DNA of 42,999 nucleotides from Kagunavirus LM08P2. Every line of letters begins with the position of its first letter. Positions within the stretch are counted from its first letter, which is position 1. Location of the stretch: the sequence record OZ035738.1; one strand, given 5' to 3'. The notes below the pieces were generated by a model, which was given only the letters and a program-made list of their open reading frames with translations, had not been told where the DNA came from and searched no databases. A program made the position numbers and the translations under genes. This document shows positions 17,010 to 27,226 of this stretch, piece by piece.

Positions 17010-18401
17010 ATGAGTGATTTGAGATTCCCTATGTCCCTTCGACCTATAGTGTCGAAGGGGTACTCCCAGACCAGGGGGAGTAATATCTGGCGCACCGAGG
17101 TTCAGGGTGGCTTACCCCGCCAGGGGCGAGACACGTACTTCGAACCGGTGCCGATTAGCGTGACGCTCGTCGTATCGTCTCTCGGTCGTCAGGCGTTTTA
17201 TAGCTTCCTGAACAACATCGACGGCGGGGCGTCCTCGTTTATCATGCCCCATGATACGGGTATGGGCATCGAGGACCACCAGGTGCTCATCACCTCTACG
17301 ATTAGTGACAGCACCGACGACGGTAAGAACTGGGTAATCTCGTTCACAGCAACAGCAGAACGCACAGCAATTCAGGAAGACACTTGCCTTACTAAGAATC
17401 TGCCAGATTTGTATGGTTGTTTTGGGGATTGTCTGGGTAGTTTCCTGAAAATATACGCGAACTATCAGACGACGTTCCCGCGCATCTGGAGCAATGAAGG
17501 ACCTGCAGGTTACCCACCGATTAACCTTCTGGCGTCGACTCTTGATAGCCGCATTGTTTACGATGGTCCGCAGGTTTATTACATCAACCGAAACGGCAAT
17601 CTTGTGCAGTCCGCCACCAATGAATGGCCTCTTACGTTTATCGATGGGGTTGCTGTTGGGCGTGTGCCGCCGGAGTTGATGGGGGTGAATAGGGTTCTCT
17701 ATTCGAGCGATATCATATCTTCTCCTTGGGTAAAAGTACGGACCGACGTAACGCTTGCTCCGGGTTATCTGACGTCTGACAATACCTTCAAATTAACACC
17801 AACCATCGTAAATGGGGCACATTACATACAACAAAGTATAGAGGGAGAGTTTGGTGAAGATGAATTTTACACGTTCAGTTGTTTTGCCAAATCTGACGGT
17901 TACAAATACGCAAGACTACGTGCGGCTGATGGCGCCGGTTTCATATCTGACGTCGTAGTTAATTTGGAAACTGGAGACATCTATTCCGGGCAACAGAATA
18001 GCCTAGTAACATATATCGGTGGTGGGTGGTTCAGATTTACGGAACTGATTGTCGTGCGTGGAAACGGGGCAAATAAGCTAGATATCACCATTGGGGTTAA
18101 TGATAATTCAACCCAACTAACGTATCCCGGCGACGGTTCAAGTGGGATACTCGTATCATCACCTCAAATAGAAAAATCAGAATTTGCCACTTCGCCAATA
18201 GTAACCGATGCGTCACCGGTAACCCGACACTCGGCATCGGCAAAAGTAACCATGAACGGCGCGACAAGCATCGACATTACCTATTCCGACGGCACTGTGG
18301 TAAACGTTCCATCTGTAGATGATTACGCGACTATCCCCCAAGCGGATTCTGCGTGGGGTAGTAAATATATCACCCGTATTGATTTTAATGTGGACGGTTA
18401 A
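17010..18401 (+). CDS. Minor tail protein
   Basis: 463-aa ORF immediately after tape measure gene. Confidence 0.45.
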   Translation: MSDLRFPMSLRPIVSKGYSQTRGSNIWRTEVQGGLPRQGRDTYFEPVPISVTLVVSSLGRQAFYSFLNNIDGGASSFIMPHDTGMGIEDHQVLITSTISDSTDDGKNWVISFTATAERTAIQEDTCLTKNLPDLYGCFGDCLGSFLKIYANYQTTFPRIWSNEGPAGYPPINLLASTLDSRIVYDGPQVYYINRNGNLVQSATNEWPLTFIDGVAVGRVPPELMGVNRVLYSSDIISSPWVKVRTDVTLAPGYLTSDNTFKLTPTIVNGAHYIQQSIEGEFGEDEFYTFSCFAKSDGYKYARLRAADGAGFISDVVVNLETGDIYSGQQNSLVTYIGGGWFRFTELIVVRGNGANKLDITIGVNDNSTQLTYPGDGSSGILVSSPQIEKSEFATSPIVTDASPVTRHSASAKVTMNGATSIDITYSDGTVVNVPSVDDYATIPQADSAWGSKYITRIDFNVDG

Positions 18402-18404
18402 CTT

Positions 18405-18920
18405 ATGAGCCAGGAATCAGTAGAAGCAGCCTATCGCCGTAAACTGGCCTCCAACCCGGACGGCGAAATTGACTACACGACGCTGGAGATAGTGCATCCG
18501 CTTCTTTCGAAGCGGTATTTACTTGTGCGCGGAACTTCTGACCTGACGGCAACGTTAGAGACCGGAGAAGTAGTTACGTTTGAGGCCACACCAATGGAGG
18601 CTAAAGGGGCCGCCAACAATAATGATATGGACCAGCGGGCATCATTCGCACTACCCGACATCGGCAACCAGTTAGACGATGAGATGGATAGGATACCCCC
18701 CGATAATACCGTGTTGCCTAAGTTTATATTCCGCCGTTTTGTTAGTACCGATTTGTCTTATCCGGCGGATGGGCCAGTTGTATACGAGTTGCAGTCGATA
18801 AACCAGGAAAAGGGGGTATTCACAGCTGACGTCGGCGTCCCTATGTTGAACCAAAGAGCCACCGGTGAACTAATGACCCCTTCGGTAATCCCATTGTTGC
18901 GTGGTGTTTTGTCTACATGA
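18405..18920 (+). CDS. Minor tail protein
   Basis: 171-aa ORF in tail tip region. Confidence 0.4.
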   Translation: MSQESVEAAYRRKLASNPDGEIDYTTLEIVHPLLSKRYLLVRGTSDLTATLETGEVVTFEATPMEAKGAANNNDMDQRASFALPDIGNQLDDEMDRIPPDNTVLPKFIFRRFVSTDLSYPADGPVVYELQSINQEKGVFTADVGVPMLNQRATGELMTPSVIPLLRGVLST

Positions 18921-19282
18921 ATATTAATTCTTATACTGGGTTGCCGTACGATTTTCGCCGTCGTAATTGCTGGCACCACGTGCGTAACGTTCGTACCGAC
19001 GCTGGTCTTTTTACGCCAGAGTTTAACGTCGCTTCACCAACACAGATTAACGACGCCTTCGAAGAAGGCCATAAAGACACTAAAGGCCTCGTACGCGTAG
19101 AAACTCCGCAAAACTTCGATGCCGTGTTGATGGCGACACGGCACAGAAACCGTGTAATCTGGCACGCTGGAGTATACTATGACGGTATGGTAAGCCATTG
19201 CGAGCTGGCGAGTCGCCAGGTACGGTTAGACCGACTGGAAGACTTGCGCGAAACTTATGCGGAGATAGAATTTTGGCGCTGA
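18917..19282 (+). CDS. Tail assembly protein (possible peptidase-like)
   Basis: 121 aa; Cys/His residues (NCWHHV, HAGVYYDG) loosely reminiscent of tail-associated NlpC/P60-type proteins; weak. Confidence 0.3.
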   Translation: MNINSYTGLPYDFRRRNCWHHVRNVRTDAGLFTPEFNVASPTQINDAFEEGHKDTKGLVRVETPQNFDAVLMATRHRNRVIWHAGVYYDGMVSHCELASRQVRLDRLEDLRETYAEIEFWR

Positions 19283-19344
19283 TATTACATTACACCCGTA
19301 ACGAAGACGGTACTTTTGACCGCAAACGGTATAACGTACCTCCG

Positions 19345-21825
19345 ATGGAATACGTCGTTGCTAACATCCCAGACGGGGTGCCTGTGCGTATTTACCGCGG
19401 CGAGATTGGTGATGATACAGACGTAACGGAAAACTTCGAAGCGCTGAAAGAAGATGACGTTTTCCATATCATAGAGGGTGCTGGCGGCGGTGGTGGTTTT
19501 CTTGGTAAACTCCTGGACCCTTTGGGTGTGCTTAAATTTGTTACCAAGTTGATTTCTCCGTCGCAGAAAACGCCTAAAACGAGTTTAGCGAACCAGCAGG
19601 CGGAGTCTCCCAACAACAGCCTGACGGACCGAAACAATAAACCGCGTCCGTATGAACGGTCGTATGATATTTGCGGCAGGGTCCAGACTATCCCTAATGA
19701 CCTCATGACTACGTATAAGGTCTTCAATGACGCAGGTGTGGTAGTTGAATACGGTTACTATGACGCCGGTCGCGGGTATCTTGATATTAAGGCGGAGGAC
19801 ATCACAGACGGCGATACTAAAGTGCAGGAGATTACAGGAACTTCTGTAGCGGTATACGCCCCATTCACATCCCCTAACAATACAAATACGCCTCAGCTTC
19901 TGGTGGGGGACCCTATCAATCAGAATCTGTACATAACTATCGCCTCAAACGAGGTAGACGGCGCTGTTCTGAAAGCGCAGAACGGCATCAGGGTTAATCC
20001 CAGTGATACCGGTGAGATTTCATTGCAGGGGGCAACGGGTGTCGTCCGCGATAACACTGGCGACTCTGCTTTCTCTGAGATTTTATCAGTTGGGGACATA
20101 GCTGTTTTTAACCTTATTCTGGTAAAAGACGTAGCTAACGTCAGTGGTAGCTATACCGTTACATACGTAGATGACTTTGAGGTAAGAGTAGCCGCCGGAG
20201 GGATGTTGTCAGAATGGCAAAAATTGCCATCGGGATTCACTCCTTTAACGCAAGGTACCGAAGCATGGATTTCACCGTCGAACACTTACGATAAGTCGTT
20301 AACGGACTGGACTACTTTAAACCGCCTGGAAGTTGAACGCGTAGTAGCCAACATCGCGGCCGCGAACGGTATGTATAAAGACAACGGCAGTAAATTGCGT
20401 ACATCTGTAACTGTGGAGCTTCAGTATCAACTCCTTGATGAAACTGGCGTGCCGTACGGTGATGTTTACTCAAAACAGTCCGTTATATCAGGTCGTTCTG
20501 CAGATTACACAGGTGTTACTATTTACGCCGACTTGCCCATGCGGTCGAAAGTTAGGGTACGGGCCCGCCGCGTCACTGACCTGGACCTCAGTTTTGAGGG
20601 AACCGTGGTAGATGAGGTTTCCTACATCAATCTTTATGGGCAGGTACGCGACACTACGCCGCATTACGGCAACCGTACTACCGTGCACTCCGCACGTAAG
20701 CAGACGCCGCGGGCCGCGGAGATTAAGCAGCCGCAACTACGTATGGTTGCCACAGAGATGGTGTACAAATACCTCGGCAACGGCGTATTCGACACGGTTA
20801 TGACACCGAATACTCAGGCGATTCAGTCCTTAATCCGTCTTGCCCGCGACCCGGTAGTAGGTAATCTCAACCTAACCACATCCAATATGGACAAGTTGTT
20901 AGCGACTCAGAACGAGATAGAAAACTATTTCGGTAACGCAGAGGCTGGTCAATTCTGCTACACTTTTGACGATTATAAAATGACTATGCAGGACATAATC
21001 AGCACAATAGCCGACGCTATTTTCTGCACACCATATCGTAAAGGGCAGGACATATTACTGGATTTCGAGCGCCCGCGGATTGGCCCGGAGATGGTGTTCA
21101 CCCACCGCAGTAAGACAACGGCTTCGGAAAAGTGGACGCGCACATTCAACGACGCTCAGGTATACGATAGTCTTAAGTTCTCCTATATTGACCCCGACAC
21201 CAACGTAAAAGAGACTATTAGCATCCCGGCAGAAGGAGGTGTTAATACTGAAACGTATGACTCCAAAGGTATACGTAATTATCGTCAGGCGTACTGGGCG
21301 GCGTACCGTCGGTACCAGAAGAACCTGTTGAAGAAAGTCACGGTGTCCTTTACGGCGACAGAAGAAGGAGTTTTTGTGCTGCCGGGTCGCGCAATAAGCG
21401 TCGTTAAAGGTTCACGCGTAGCGCCTCAAGACGGCTATGTTGTTGCCGTTAATGGTCTTACTCTGACTTTATCACAGCCTGTCACATTTACTCCGGGTGA
21501 CGACCACTCTTTAATCCTTAAGAAGCGCGACGGTGGTGTCCAGAGCGTCGCTGTAGTTCCTGGAAGCCACGACCGTGAAGTGGTTATGCTCTCTGCGCCT
21601 CAGGAGGCGATATACACAGGGAATAGCGCACTAAAAACTGAGTTTTCATTCGGCAACGAAGCAAGGCATAATGCTCAGATGATTCTTGTTTCTACAGTTG
21701 ACCCCGGAGATGACAGAACAGTTAAGATTACCGGGATTAACTATGAAGCAGATTTCTATAAATACGACGGCGTCGCGCCTTTCGGCAGCGGTTTCTCCGG
21801 CGGATTCAGCAACGGTTTTAGTTAA
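19345..21825 (+). CDS. Tail tip / central fibre protein (host specificity, gpJ-like by position and size)
   Basis: Long ORF open from 19198; first ATG with any SD at 19345; true start uncertain. Confidence 0.45.
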   Translation: MEYVVANIPDGVPVRIYRGEIGDDTDVTENFEALKEDDVFHIIEGAGGGGGFLGKLLDPLGVLKFVTKLISPSQKTPKTSLANQQAESPNNSLTDRNNKPRPYERSYDICGRVQTIPNDLMTTYKVFNDAGVVVEYGYYDAGRGYLDIKAEDITDGDTKVQEITGTSVAVYAPFTSPNNTNTPQLLVGDPINQNLYITIASNEVDGAVLKAQNGIRVNPSDTGEISLQGATGVVRDNTGDSAFSEILSVGDIAVFNLILVKDVANVSGSYTVTYVDDFEVRVAAGGMLSEWQKLPSGFTPLTQGTEAWISPSNTYDKSLTDWTTLNRLEVERVVANIAAANGMYKDNGSKLRTSVTVELQYQLLDETGVPYGDVYSKQSVISGRSADYTGVTIYADLPMRSKVRVRARRVTDLDLSFEGTVVDEVSYINLYGQVRDTTPHYGNRTTVHSARKQTPRAAEIKQPQLRMVATEMVYKYLGNGVFDTVMTPNTQAIQSLIRLARDPVVGNLNLTTSNMDKLLATQNEIENYFGNAEAGQFCYTFDDYKMTMQDIISTIADAIFCTPYRKGQDILLDFERPRIGPEMVFTHRSKTTASEKWTRTFNDAQVYDSLKFSYIDPDTNVKETISIPAEGGVNTETYDSKGIRNYRQAYWAAYRRYQKNLLKKVTVSFTATEEGVFVLPGRAISVVKGSRVAPQDGYVVAVNGLTLTLSQPVTFTPGDDHSLILKKRDGGVQSVAVVPGSHDREVVMLSAPQEAIYTGNSALKTEFSFGNEARHNAQMILVSTVDPGDDRTVKITGINYEADFYKYDGVAPFGSGFSGGFSNGFS

Positions 21826-21837
21826 AGAGGACTCTAT

Positions 21838-23802
21838 ATGTCAAGCGGATGCGGTGACGTTTTAAGCCTGGCGGATTTACAAACCGCCAAGAAACACCAG
21901 ATTTTTGAGGCTGAAGTAATTACCGGCAAATCCGGCGGAGTTGCTGGCGGCACTAATATCGACTACGCAACTAACCCGGTTACGCTGCAAACGCAGAAGA
22001 CAATGCCTGCTATTCTGCGCGACATCGGCTTTCAGCCAGCATCATTCGACTTCACTTCTGGGGGGACACTCACCACAGACGACCGAAACAAGGCTGTGTT
22101 GTGGCCTTTGGCCGATGGTGGTGATGGGGATTGGTATTACTGGGAGGGCGCGCTGCCGAAGGTTATCCCAGCGGCATCAACTCCGGCGTCTACTGGTGGT
22201 GTTGCCGAAGGTGCCTGGAGGCCTGTGGGGGATATTACGTTACGCAGAGAACTAGCTAGTACTAACGGAGCCCAGGCTATTGGTACCTTATCGGGCGGTA
22301 GCGTACAAGATGAATTAACTAAGCTACCCTTAACGTATATCGCCCAGCAAAAATCACCTATTACCATCACAGTAGGGCCTTCTGGTGATTTTTCAACTAT
22401 CAATGACGCGATAACTAGCGTGGCGAAGTATCAGTATGTCCTCGCTTCGGGTAATACTGGTATCCGTATCACCCTGTTAAGCGGTTTTTTGATGGAAGAA
22501 CAGGTCATTGTCGACTTTTTAAATCTTTCGTTTATAGAAATATACTCAACGTCGGTTGTGCATATATCTCGCGCGGCGCTTACAACCGCGGTTGAGGGGT
22601 ACTACCCTGCCTTTTGCGCAAAAAATTCAGCGGTCCTACCAAAGATAAACGCCTCTTTTGATATGGGTTGGACCTCCGGGGCTCAAGACCAATCTGTGGC
22701 ATTTCTGGCCTACGGAGCTGGGTCCGCAATATCTATTGCAAGCGGTAAAGGATGTATTAGGAGTTACGGGTTCGGCATTCTAGCGTCTAATGGCGCTATG
22801 TTCAGCGCCGACGGTACTGTGTGGGACGATTGCGCCGGTGATGGGGTTTCTGTGTACGCAGGAGGCTCAGGCTCCGCTAAAAACGCAACGGCAAACCGTT
22901 GCTACAATGGGTTCGTTGCGAATGGTGGCGTACTTGATGCCACAAGCTCTGTTGCGAAAGGAACCAGAAGTGCTGGCTTTGCGGCCAGAAAATCTGGGGT
23001 GCTGAACGCTGAATTTGCGGATGCGCAAAACGGGGTAACGTACGGCTTCTATTCCGCGATAAGTTCGATGCTAAACGCTACCCGTGGTAACTGTAGCGGT
23101 TGCCGGTTTGGCATATCTGCGCAGAGAAGCTCAAAAGTCGCAGCGGAAGAGGTTACAGCTGATAATTGCCTGGAAACGAATATATCAGCCCGCAGGTACT
23201 CAGAGATTGAGGCACAAAGCTGTCATGCCGTAAACACCACTACGACTCCGCTCTACTGTATTCGCGCCAACTATTCAGGGTCGGTTATTGTTGAGTCCGG
23301 AACTATAGGCGGGGCTTGCACACATAATATTTGCCGGGCGACCACCAACGCAGAGATACAAGCTACCGATACTAAGATGTCAGGGGCGATAGGTACATCG
23401 ATTGCGGTCTTCGTTGACGAGTCGTCAAACTTTAACGGACGCAGGATGAACCTGAACCATTCAACCTCGGAGGGAACCGCAGTTCATGTTCTCCGGGGGA
23501 GCACTGCGGACATTAGCGATAGTACTATAGTTGCGGGTAATAACTATGGGGTGGTGTCCCAGTATTGCGCTAACGTAGCTGCGGATAACGCGAAAGTGAA
23601 CGGCTCTTCGGATTATAGTGTATACGCTACCGACGGCGGGAAAATATCAGTAACTAACAGTAATGTCAGGCGCGACAACTCGACAGACCAAAATACGGAC
23701 ATTGTAATATCTCGTGGTGGTATTATTTCGGCATTTGGTGCATTAGGCGGCGTAAACACAACAGTTAACGCTGTATCTGAAAAAGGCATAATCTTCAAAT
23801 AA
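21838..23802 (+). CDS. Tailspike / receptor-binding protein
   Basis: 654 aa, last structural gene with strong SD; Gly/Ser/Asn/Thr-rich repetitive body suggestive of beta-helix fold; followed by strong terminator. Confidence 0.55.
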   Translation: MSSGCGDVLSLADLQTAKKHQIFEAEVITGKSGGVAGGTNIDYATNPVTLQTQKTMPAILRDIGFQPASFDFTSGGTLTTDDRNKAVLWPLADGGDGDWYYWEGALPKVIPAASTPASTGGVAEGAWRPVGDITLRRELASTNGAQAIGTLSGGSVQDELTKLPLTYIAQQKSPITITVGPSGDFSTINDAITSVAKYQYVLASGNTGIRITLLSGFLMEEQVIVDFLNLSFIEIYSTSVVHISRAALTTAVEGYYPAFCAKNSAVLPKINASFDMGWTSGAQDQSVAFLAYGAGSAISIASGKGCIRSYGFGILASNGAMFSADGTVWDDCAGDGVSVYAGGSGSAKNATANRCYNGFVANGGVLDATSSVAKGTRSAGFAARKSGVLNAEFADAQNGVTYGFYSAISSMLNATRGNCSGCRFGISAQRSSKVAAEEVTADNCLETNISARRYSEIEAQSCHAVNTTTTPLYCIRANYSGSVIVESGTIGGACTHNICRATTNAEIQATDTKMSGAIGTSIAVFVDESSNFNGRRMNLNHSTSEGTAVHVLRGSTADISDSTIVAGNNYGVVSQYCANVAADNAKVNGSSDYSVYATDGGKISVTNSNVRRDNSTDQNTDIVISRGGIISAFGALGGVNTTVNAVSEKGIIFK

Positions 23803-23805
23803 AAC

Positions 23806-23832
23806 TAAGGCCCCATTTGGGGCCTTTTCTCT
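23806..23832. terminator. Bidirectional intrinsic terminator
   Basis: AAGGCCCC-ATTT-GGGGCCTTTTCTCT with A-run upstream; between convergent modules. Confidence 0.7.
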
Positions 23833-23968
23833 ACTCTTCTGATAACTTCTCAAGTACAAACGCCAGTTGTGCGTTAGCGGCATCTCTTTGCTGCCGTAGG
23901 CGTAGAACCTCCTCCTCAAGTTCCTTGATACGTTTTTGCAATGCCGGAATCGGGGCTATGATGTTCAT
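23831..23968 (-). CDS. Small coiled-coil protein (45 aa)
   Basis: Hand-translated MNIIAPIPALQKRIKELEEEVLRLRQQRDAANAQLAFVLEKLSEE; strong SD AAGGAG; ATGA overlap with helicase stop. Confidence 0.4.
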   Translation of the reverse strand: MNIIAPIPALQKRIKELEEEVLRLRQQRDAANAQLAFVLEKLSEE

Positions 23969-25389
23969 TTCTTACTCCTTCTCTTCATATAATTAAGTAG
24001 TTCATCCTGTACAGACCTTTTCTCGTCTGTACGCGCGGCGACAACTTCATCAAGAGTATCTCTGGCTATTATTTGATAAATGAATACAGACCGTTTGTAT
24101 CCAGATTGCATCTGCCTTACCGGGCCTATACGCTCGATAACCTGCAAATAATGTTCCAGGTTCCACCCCTGACTCATAAAGGCCATGTGGTGCCCGCCGT
24201 GTTGTAACGACAGTCCGTGGCCCGCGGAGGCTGGGTGTATCAAGAGCATTGGTATTTCACCCCGGTTCCACGCTTCCATCTGCTTATTACCCTTAGCACC
24301 TTTTGCAAACTCCTGTGCCTGCGGGAATCGCTTAAGGATGCGCTCCAGTTCGTGCCTAAACTGATAGGCCACCAGTAACGGCGCGCCCTGTAACTCCTCA
24401 ACAATTGACTCTAGCGCATCCAGTTTCGTGTCGTGCACTTTCTCCCAGTCTTTGGTTGCTTCACCATCGGGCCCCGACACATATACGGCACCGGATGCAA
24501 TCTGCAAACACTTCGAAGTCTTCGCAGCAGCGTTAGCCGCTTCAACTTCCCCGCTCTCCAGTTCCGCGAATAACTTCTCCTCCATATCGATGTACGCCTG
24601 ACGTGCTTTCTTCGGCAGGTCGATTTCAACCGGTACAATAATCGGCGCTTCACAACCGAACCACTCGGCAGCGTCAATCGTGAGACTGATGTCTTTCATC
24701 TTCTGGTGAATCTCAGTATCTGCGCCAGGGCGCGCATGATATTCGCGCGCCATAGCCGATTTGCCTTTCTGTACCGAGTTAAACCAGCGGTCGGTGAATG
24801 CTGTGTACGAGGAACCCAAGCGCTCGCCCGCGTCGATAAACCAGTTCTGCCCCCACAAATCCTTTAGGCCGTTCGGCGACGGCGTACCAGTCAGGTTGAT
24901 AAAACGCTTAACCTTACCGAAAGCAACCTTGCTAAGAGCCTTTGCGCGCTTGCTTCCACCTGAACGGCTGCGGAACGATTTAAGCTTCGTGCTCTCATCG
25001 GCGACAATAACGGTAAAAGGCCAGTCGTCTTTGCCGTAGTAGTCAATCAGCCACTCGATAACTTCGTAGTTGGTGCACACCACGTTAGCATCCGACTCCA
25101 GCGCCGCGATGCGGCGCTTTTCTGAACCGGTCGCATCGACGACACTCAGGCATGGGAATCGCCATTTCTCTTGTTCTGCGGGCCATGTGCCGGACGCGAC
25201 ACGTAATGGGGCTAGGATTAACACGCGGTCGTCGTCGTTAAGCTGACCATTACGGAACAGTCTGTTTAATGCCCACAGTACGCTGCCAGTCTTCCCGGCA
25301 CCCATGCTCGCCCATATGTTACAGCGATGGTGCCGCAACATGAACGAGGTCATGAGCTTCTGGTACTCGCGCCTTTGAAACTTAGACAT
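23965..25389 (-). CDS. SNF2/DEAD-box family helicase
   Basis: Walker A GAGKTGS and DEST (motif II) in VIVADESTKLKS; track start 25422 is GTG; ATG at 25389 has SD GAGG. Confidence 0.7.
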   Translation of the reverse strand: MSKFQRREYQKLMTSFMLRHHRCNIWASMGAGKTGSVLWALNRLFRNGQLNDDDRVLILAPLRVASGTWPAEQEKWRFPCLSVVDATGSEKRRIAALESDANVVCTNYEVIEWLIDYYGKDDWPFTVIVADESTKLKSFRSRSGGSKRAKALSKVAFGKVKRFINLTGTPSPNGLKDLWGQNWFIDAGERLGSSYTAFTDRWFNSVQKGKSAMAREYHARPGADTEIHQKMKDISLTIDAAEWFGCEAPIIVPVEIDLPKKARQAYIDMEEKLFAELESGEVEAANAAAKTSKCLQIASGAVYVSGPDGEATKDWEKVHDTKLDALESIVEELQGAPLLVAYQFRHELERILKRFPQAQEFAKGAKGNKQMEAWNRGEIPMLLIHPASAGHGLSLQHGGHHMAFMSQGWNLEHYLQVIERIGPVRQMQSGYKRSVFIYQIIARDTLDEVVAARTDEKRSVQDELLNYMKRRSKK

Positions 25390-26065
25390 GATTGGCCTCA
25401 TGAACTGCTTTTGCGAAACCACGCGGGGTAAGGCTGCGTATTGTTTTTGTCCTCACCGATTTACCGCCTAATTTATTGTGTTGGTCGGAGTACCCATCAA
25501 CCACGGCGACACATGATTTAACGGGCATCACAAAACCGTTACCCGCCCAAATACATGTCTTCTTAGGGTACGCGTCCCGCGGTTTTATGTATTCGGGGAA
25601 CATTGGGTGCGTGTCGTCTTCGGGTAAATAGCCGCCGTATTCGTACGGATTGAACGAATAGTCAGGCTTGCGCCATAAAGACGAAAGAACGCTAACCGGG
25701 TTCTCAATCATATAAGGTACGTTGTACTTTTTAGCCAGACGCGCAGCCACTTTGCATGTAATCACGGCCTCTACCTGAAAAGTTGGATTCTTCTTCCGCT
25801 TCGTTTCGAAATGCGCTGCGCCGCTAACAGCTAAATCTGTGCACGGAGGGAACGCAAAAATAATATCCGGCGCAACCTCGAAGTCGAATTTATTGTCAAT
25901 CCACGCGTTTATATAGTGGATGTTCTCGTGTTCAACTTTTGCGCCCAATCGCGCGTAGTCGCCGTGGTCGGCACCGTCGTAGTTGAAACAATAGCAAGTA
26001 TGGCCCGCTTCCGCCCACGGTTGGGCCATGAGGCCCGAACCGTCGAACAATGACCAGATAATCAT
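25382..26065 (-). CDS. DNA (cytosine-5)-methyltransferase, compact
   Basis: 227 aa with C5-MTase motifs in canonical order: FDGSG (motif I), PPC (motif IV catalytic Cys), ENP (motif VI). Confidence 0.6.
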   Translation of the reverse strand: MIIWSLFDGSGLMAQPWAEAGHTCYCFNYDGADHGDYARLGAKVEHENIHYINAWIDNKFDFEVAPDIIFAFPPCTDLAVSGAAHFETKRKKNPTFQVEAVITCKVAARLAKKYNVPYMIENPVSVLSSLWRKPDYSFNPYEYGGYLPEDDTHPMFPEYIKPRDAYPKKTCIWAGNGFVMPVKSCVAVVDGYSDQHNKLGGKSVRTKTIRSLTPRGFAKAVHEANHV

Positions 26066-26253
26066 TTCGCCACCAGAACTAACTCTTTACGCCCGAACGC
26101 CGTAACGTTACCGGTTACGTCTTCGATAACCAGTTTACCGTTCGACTCTACGTACACCGTATCAACGGCAACAGGGCGACGGGTCTTAACATTGAAAATC
26201 ATGTCGCCCGGTACGATGTCACGTGCTGGTTTGCGGTCGTATTCGTGTTTCAT
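26062..26253 (-). CDS. Hypothetical protein (63 aa)
   Basis: ORF with ATGA coupling to MTase gene. Confidence 0.4.
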   Translation of the reverse strand: MKHEYDRKPARDIVPGDMIFNVKTRRPVAVDTVYVESNGKLVIEDVTGNVTAFGRKELVLVAK

Positions 26254-26292
26254 TTCTCAATTCCTTATAGTTAAGGCCCCGAAGGGCCTGTA

Positions 26293-26547
26293 TTAGTTAG
26301 ATAATTCGGCTTGAACTTGCTTAATAAGTTCTCCAGCCGTTGTGAAGTCTACGGACAGCCGTTTAGCTACGTCTTCCGCAAGCACTTTGCGGCCAACCGA
26401 CCCGAAACCCAGGATACGGTTTACTTCCGAAACCTTCATATACCATGAGTAATTAACTGATGCCCCTGTGTACTTACAGATTCGAACAGATGAATCGATT
26501 GAACCCATAATCATGGTGTTTACTGACAGTTGAAGTTCGATAGCCAT
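26293..26547 (-). CDS. Hypothetical protein (84 aa)
   Basis: ORF with SD AAGGA downstream of promoter 26582-26610. Confidence 0.4.
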   Translation of the reverse strand: MAIELQLSVNTMIMGSIDSSVRICKYTGASVNYSWYMKVSEVNRILGFGSVGRKVLAEDVAKRLSVDFTTAGELIKQVQAELSN

Positions 26548-26548
26548 T

Positions 26549-26863
26549 TTATAATTCCTTATATTGTTGGGGTATGTGCTTACTATAATAGTCTGCTATT
26601 AGGGTGTCAATCTGTTTTATCGAACCAACGACAAAAACATTCGCGCCACGTTTACGCATCCGCTCGTGCTCGCGTAACTGGTGTGGGTCTGGCTTCGTGC
26701 TTTCATCTTTCTTAACCTCAACGAACCAGATGATGCCGCCGGGGAGGATTACCAACAGGTCGGGCGCTCCGTTTCGGCCCTCATACACTATCTTACGAAC
26801 GAGGCCCCCCAGGGCCTCGAATCGGTCTTTCGCGTATTTCTGTACGCGGCCCTCTTTAGTCAT
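26549..26863 (-). CDS. VRR-NUC domain nuclease
   Basis: PD-(D/E)XK-like core GAPDLLVILPGGIIWFVEVKK; start uncertain (ATG 26863 or TTG 26878). Confidence 0.55.
   Translation of the reverse strand: MTKEGRVQKYAKDRFEALGGLVRKIVYEGRNGAPDLLVILPGGIIWFVEVKKDESTKPDPHQLREHERMRKRGANVFVVGSIKQIDTLIADYYSKHIPQQYKEL
26582..26610 (-). promoter_or_regulatory. Sigma70-like promoter, family 1 (TTGACA-N17-TATAGT)
   Basis: On minus strand TTGACACCCTAATAGCAGACTATTATAGT; lies inside the 3' end of the VRR-NUC gene. Confidence 0.5.
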
Positions 26864-27094
26864 GGGCGTAGAACCCAAGTAAGGAAAGCCCCTCCTAGAA
26901 CGGCAACACCGACAAACTTAAAGAACAGGCCATAACAGAACATCGTGGCTATTCCCGCCCCGAGTAACAGTGCAAGCATGGTTACTATTGTCCAAAATAC
27001 AAACATTGTCATAATACGCACCCCTCACGTTTCGTGTGCTCAATCCCGCAGCGCGGACAGATTCGACAGTCTTCTTCATAGAACCAGTAGATTT

Positions 27095-27226
27095 TCATTC
27101 CAGCACCCACAGATAAATTGCGATGAACATACCTAATACGGCTACAATCATGCCGTATTGGCCCTCGTGACAGTAGACACCGGCGGCAAATCCCGCCAGT
27201 ACTGCGATAATCAGTTTACTTAGCAT
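27095..27226 (-). CDS. Small membrane protein (43 aa)
   Basis: Hand-translated MLSKLIIAVLAGFAAGVYCHEGQYGMIVAVLGMFIAIYLWVLE; SD GAGGTG; overlaps DNA polymerase stop. Confidence 0.35.
   Translation of the reverse strand: MLSKLIIAVLAGFAAGVYCHEGQYGMIVAVLGMFIAIYLWVLE

Noticed and set aside
27008-27079. 23-codon minus-strand ORF with CPRCG...C pattern
   Set aside because: Too short and without clear SD to call; recorded only as a possibility
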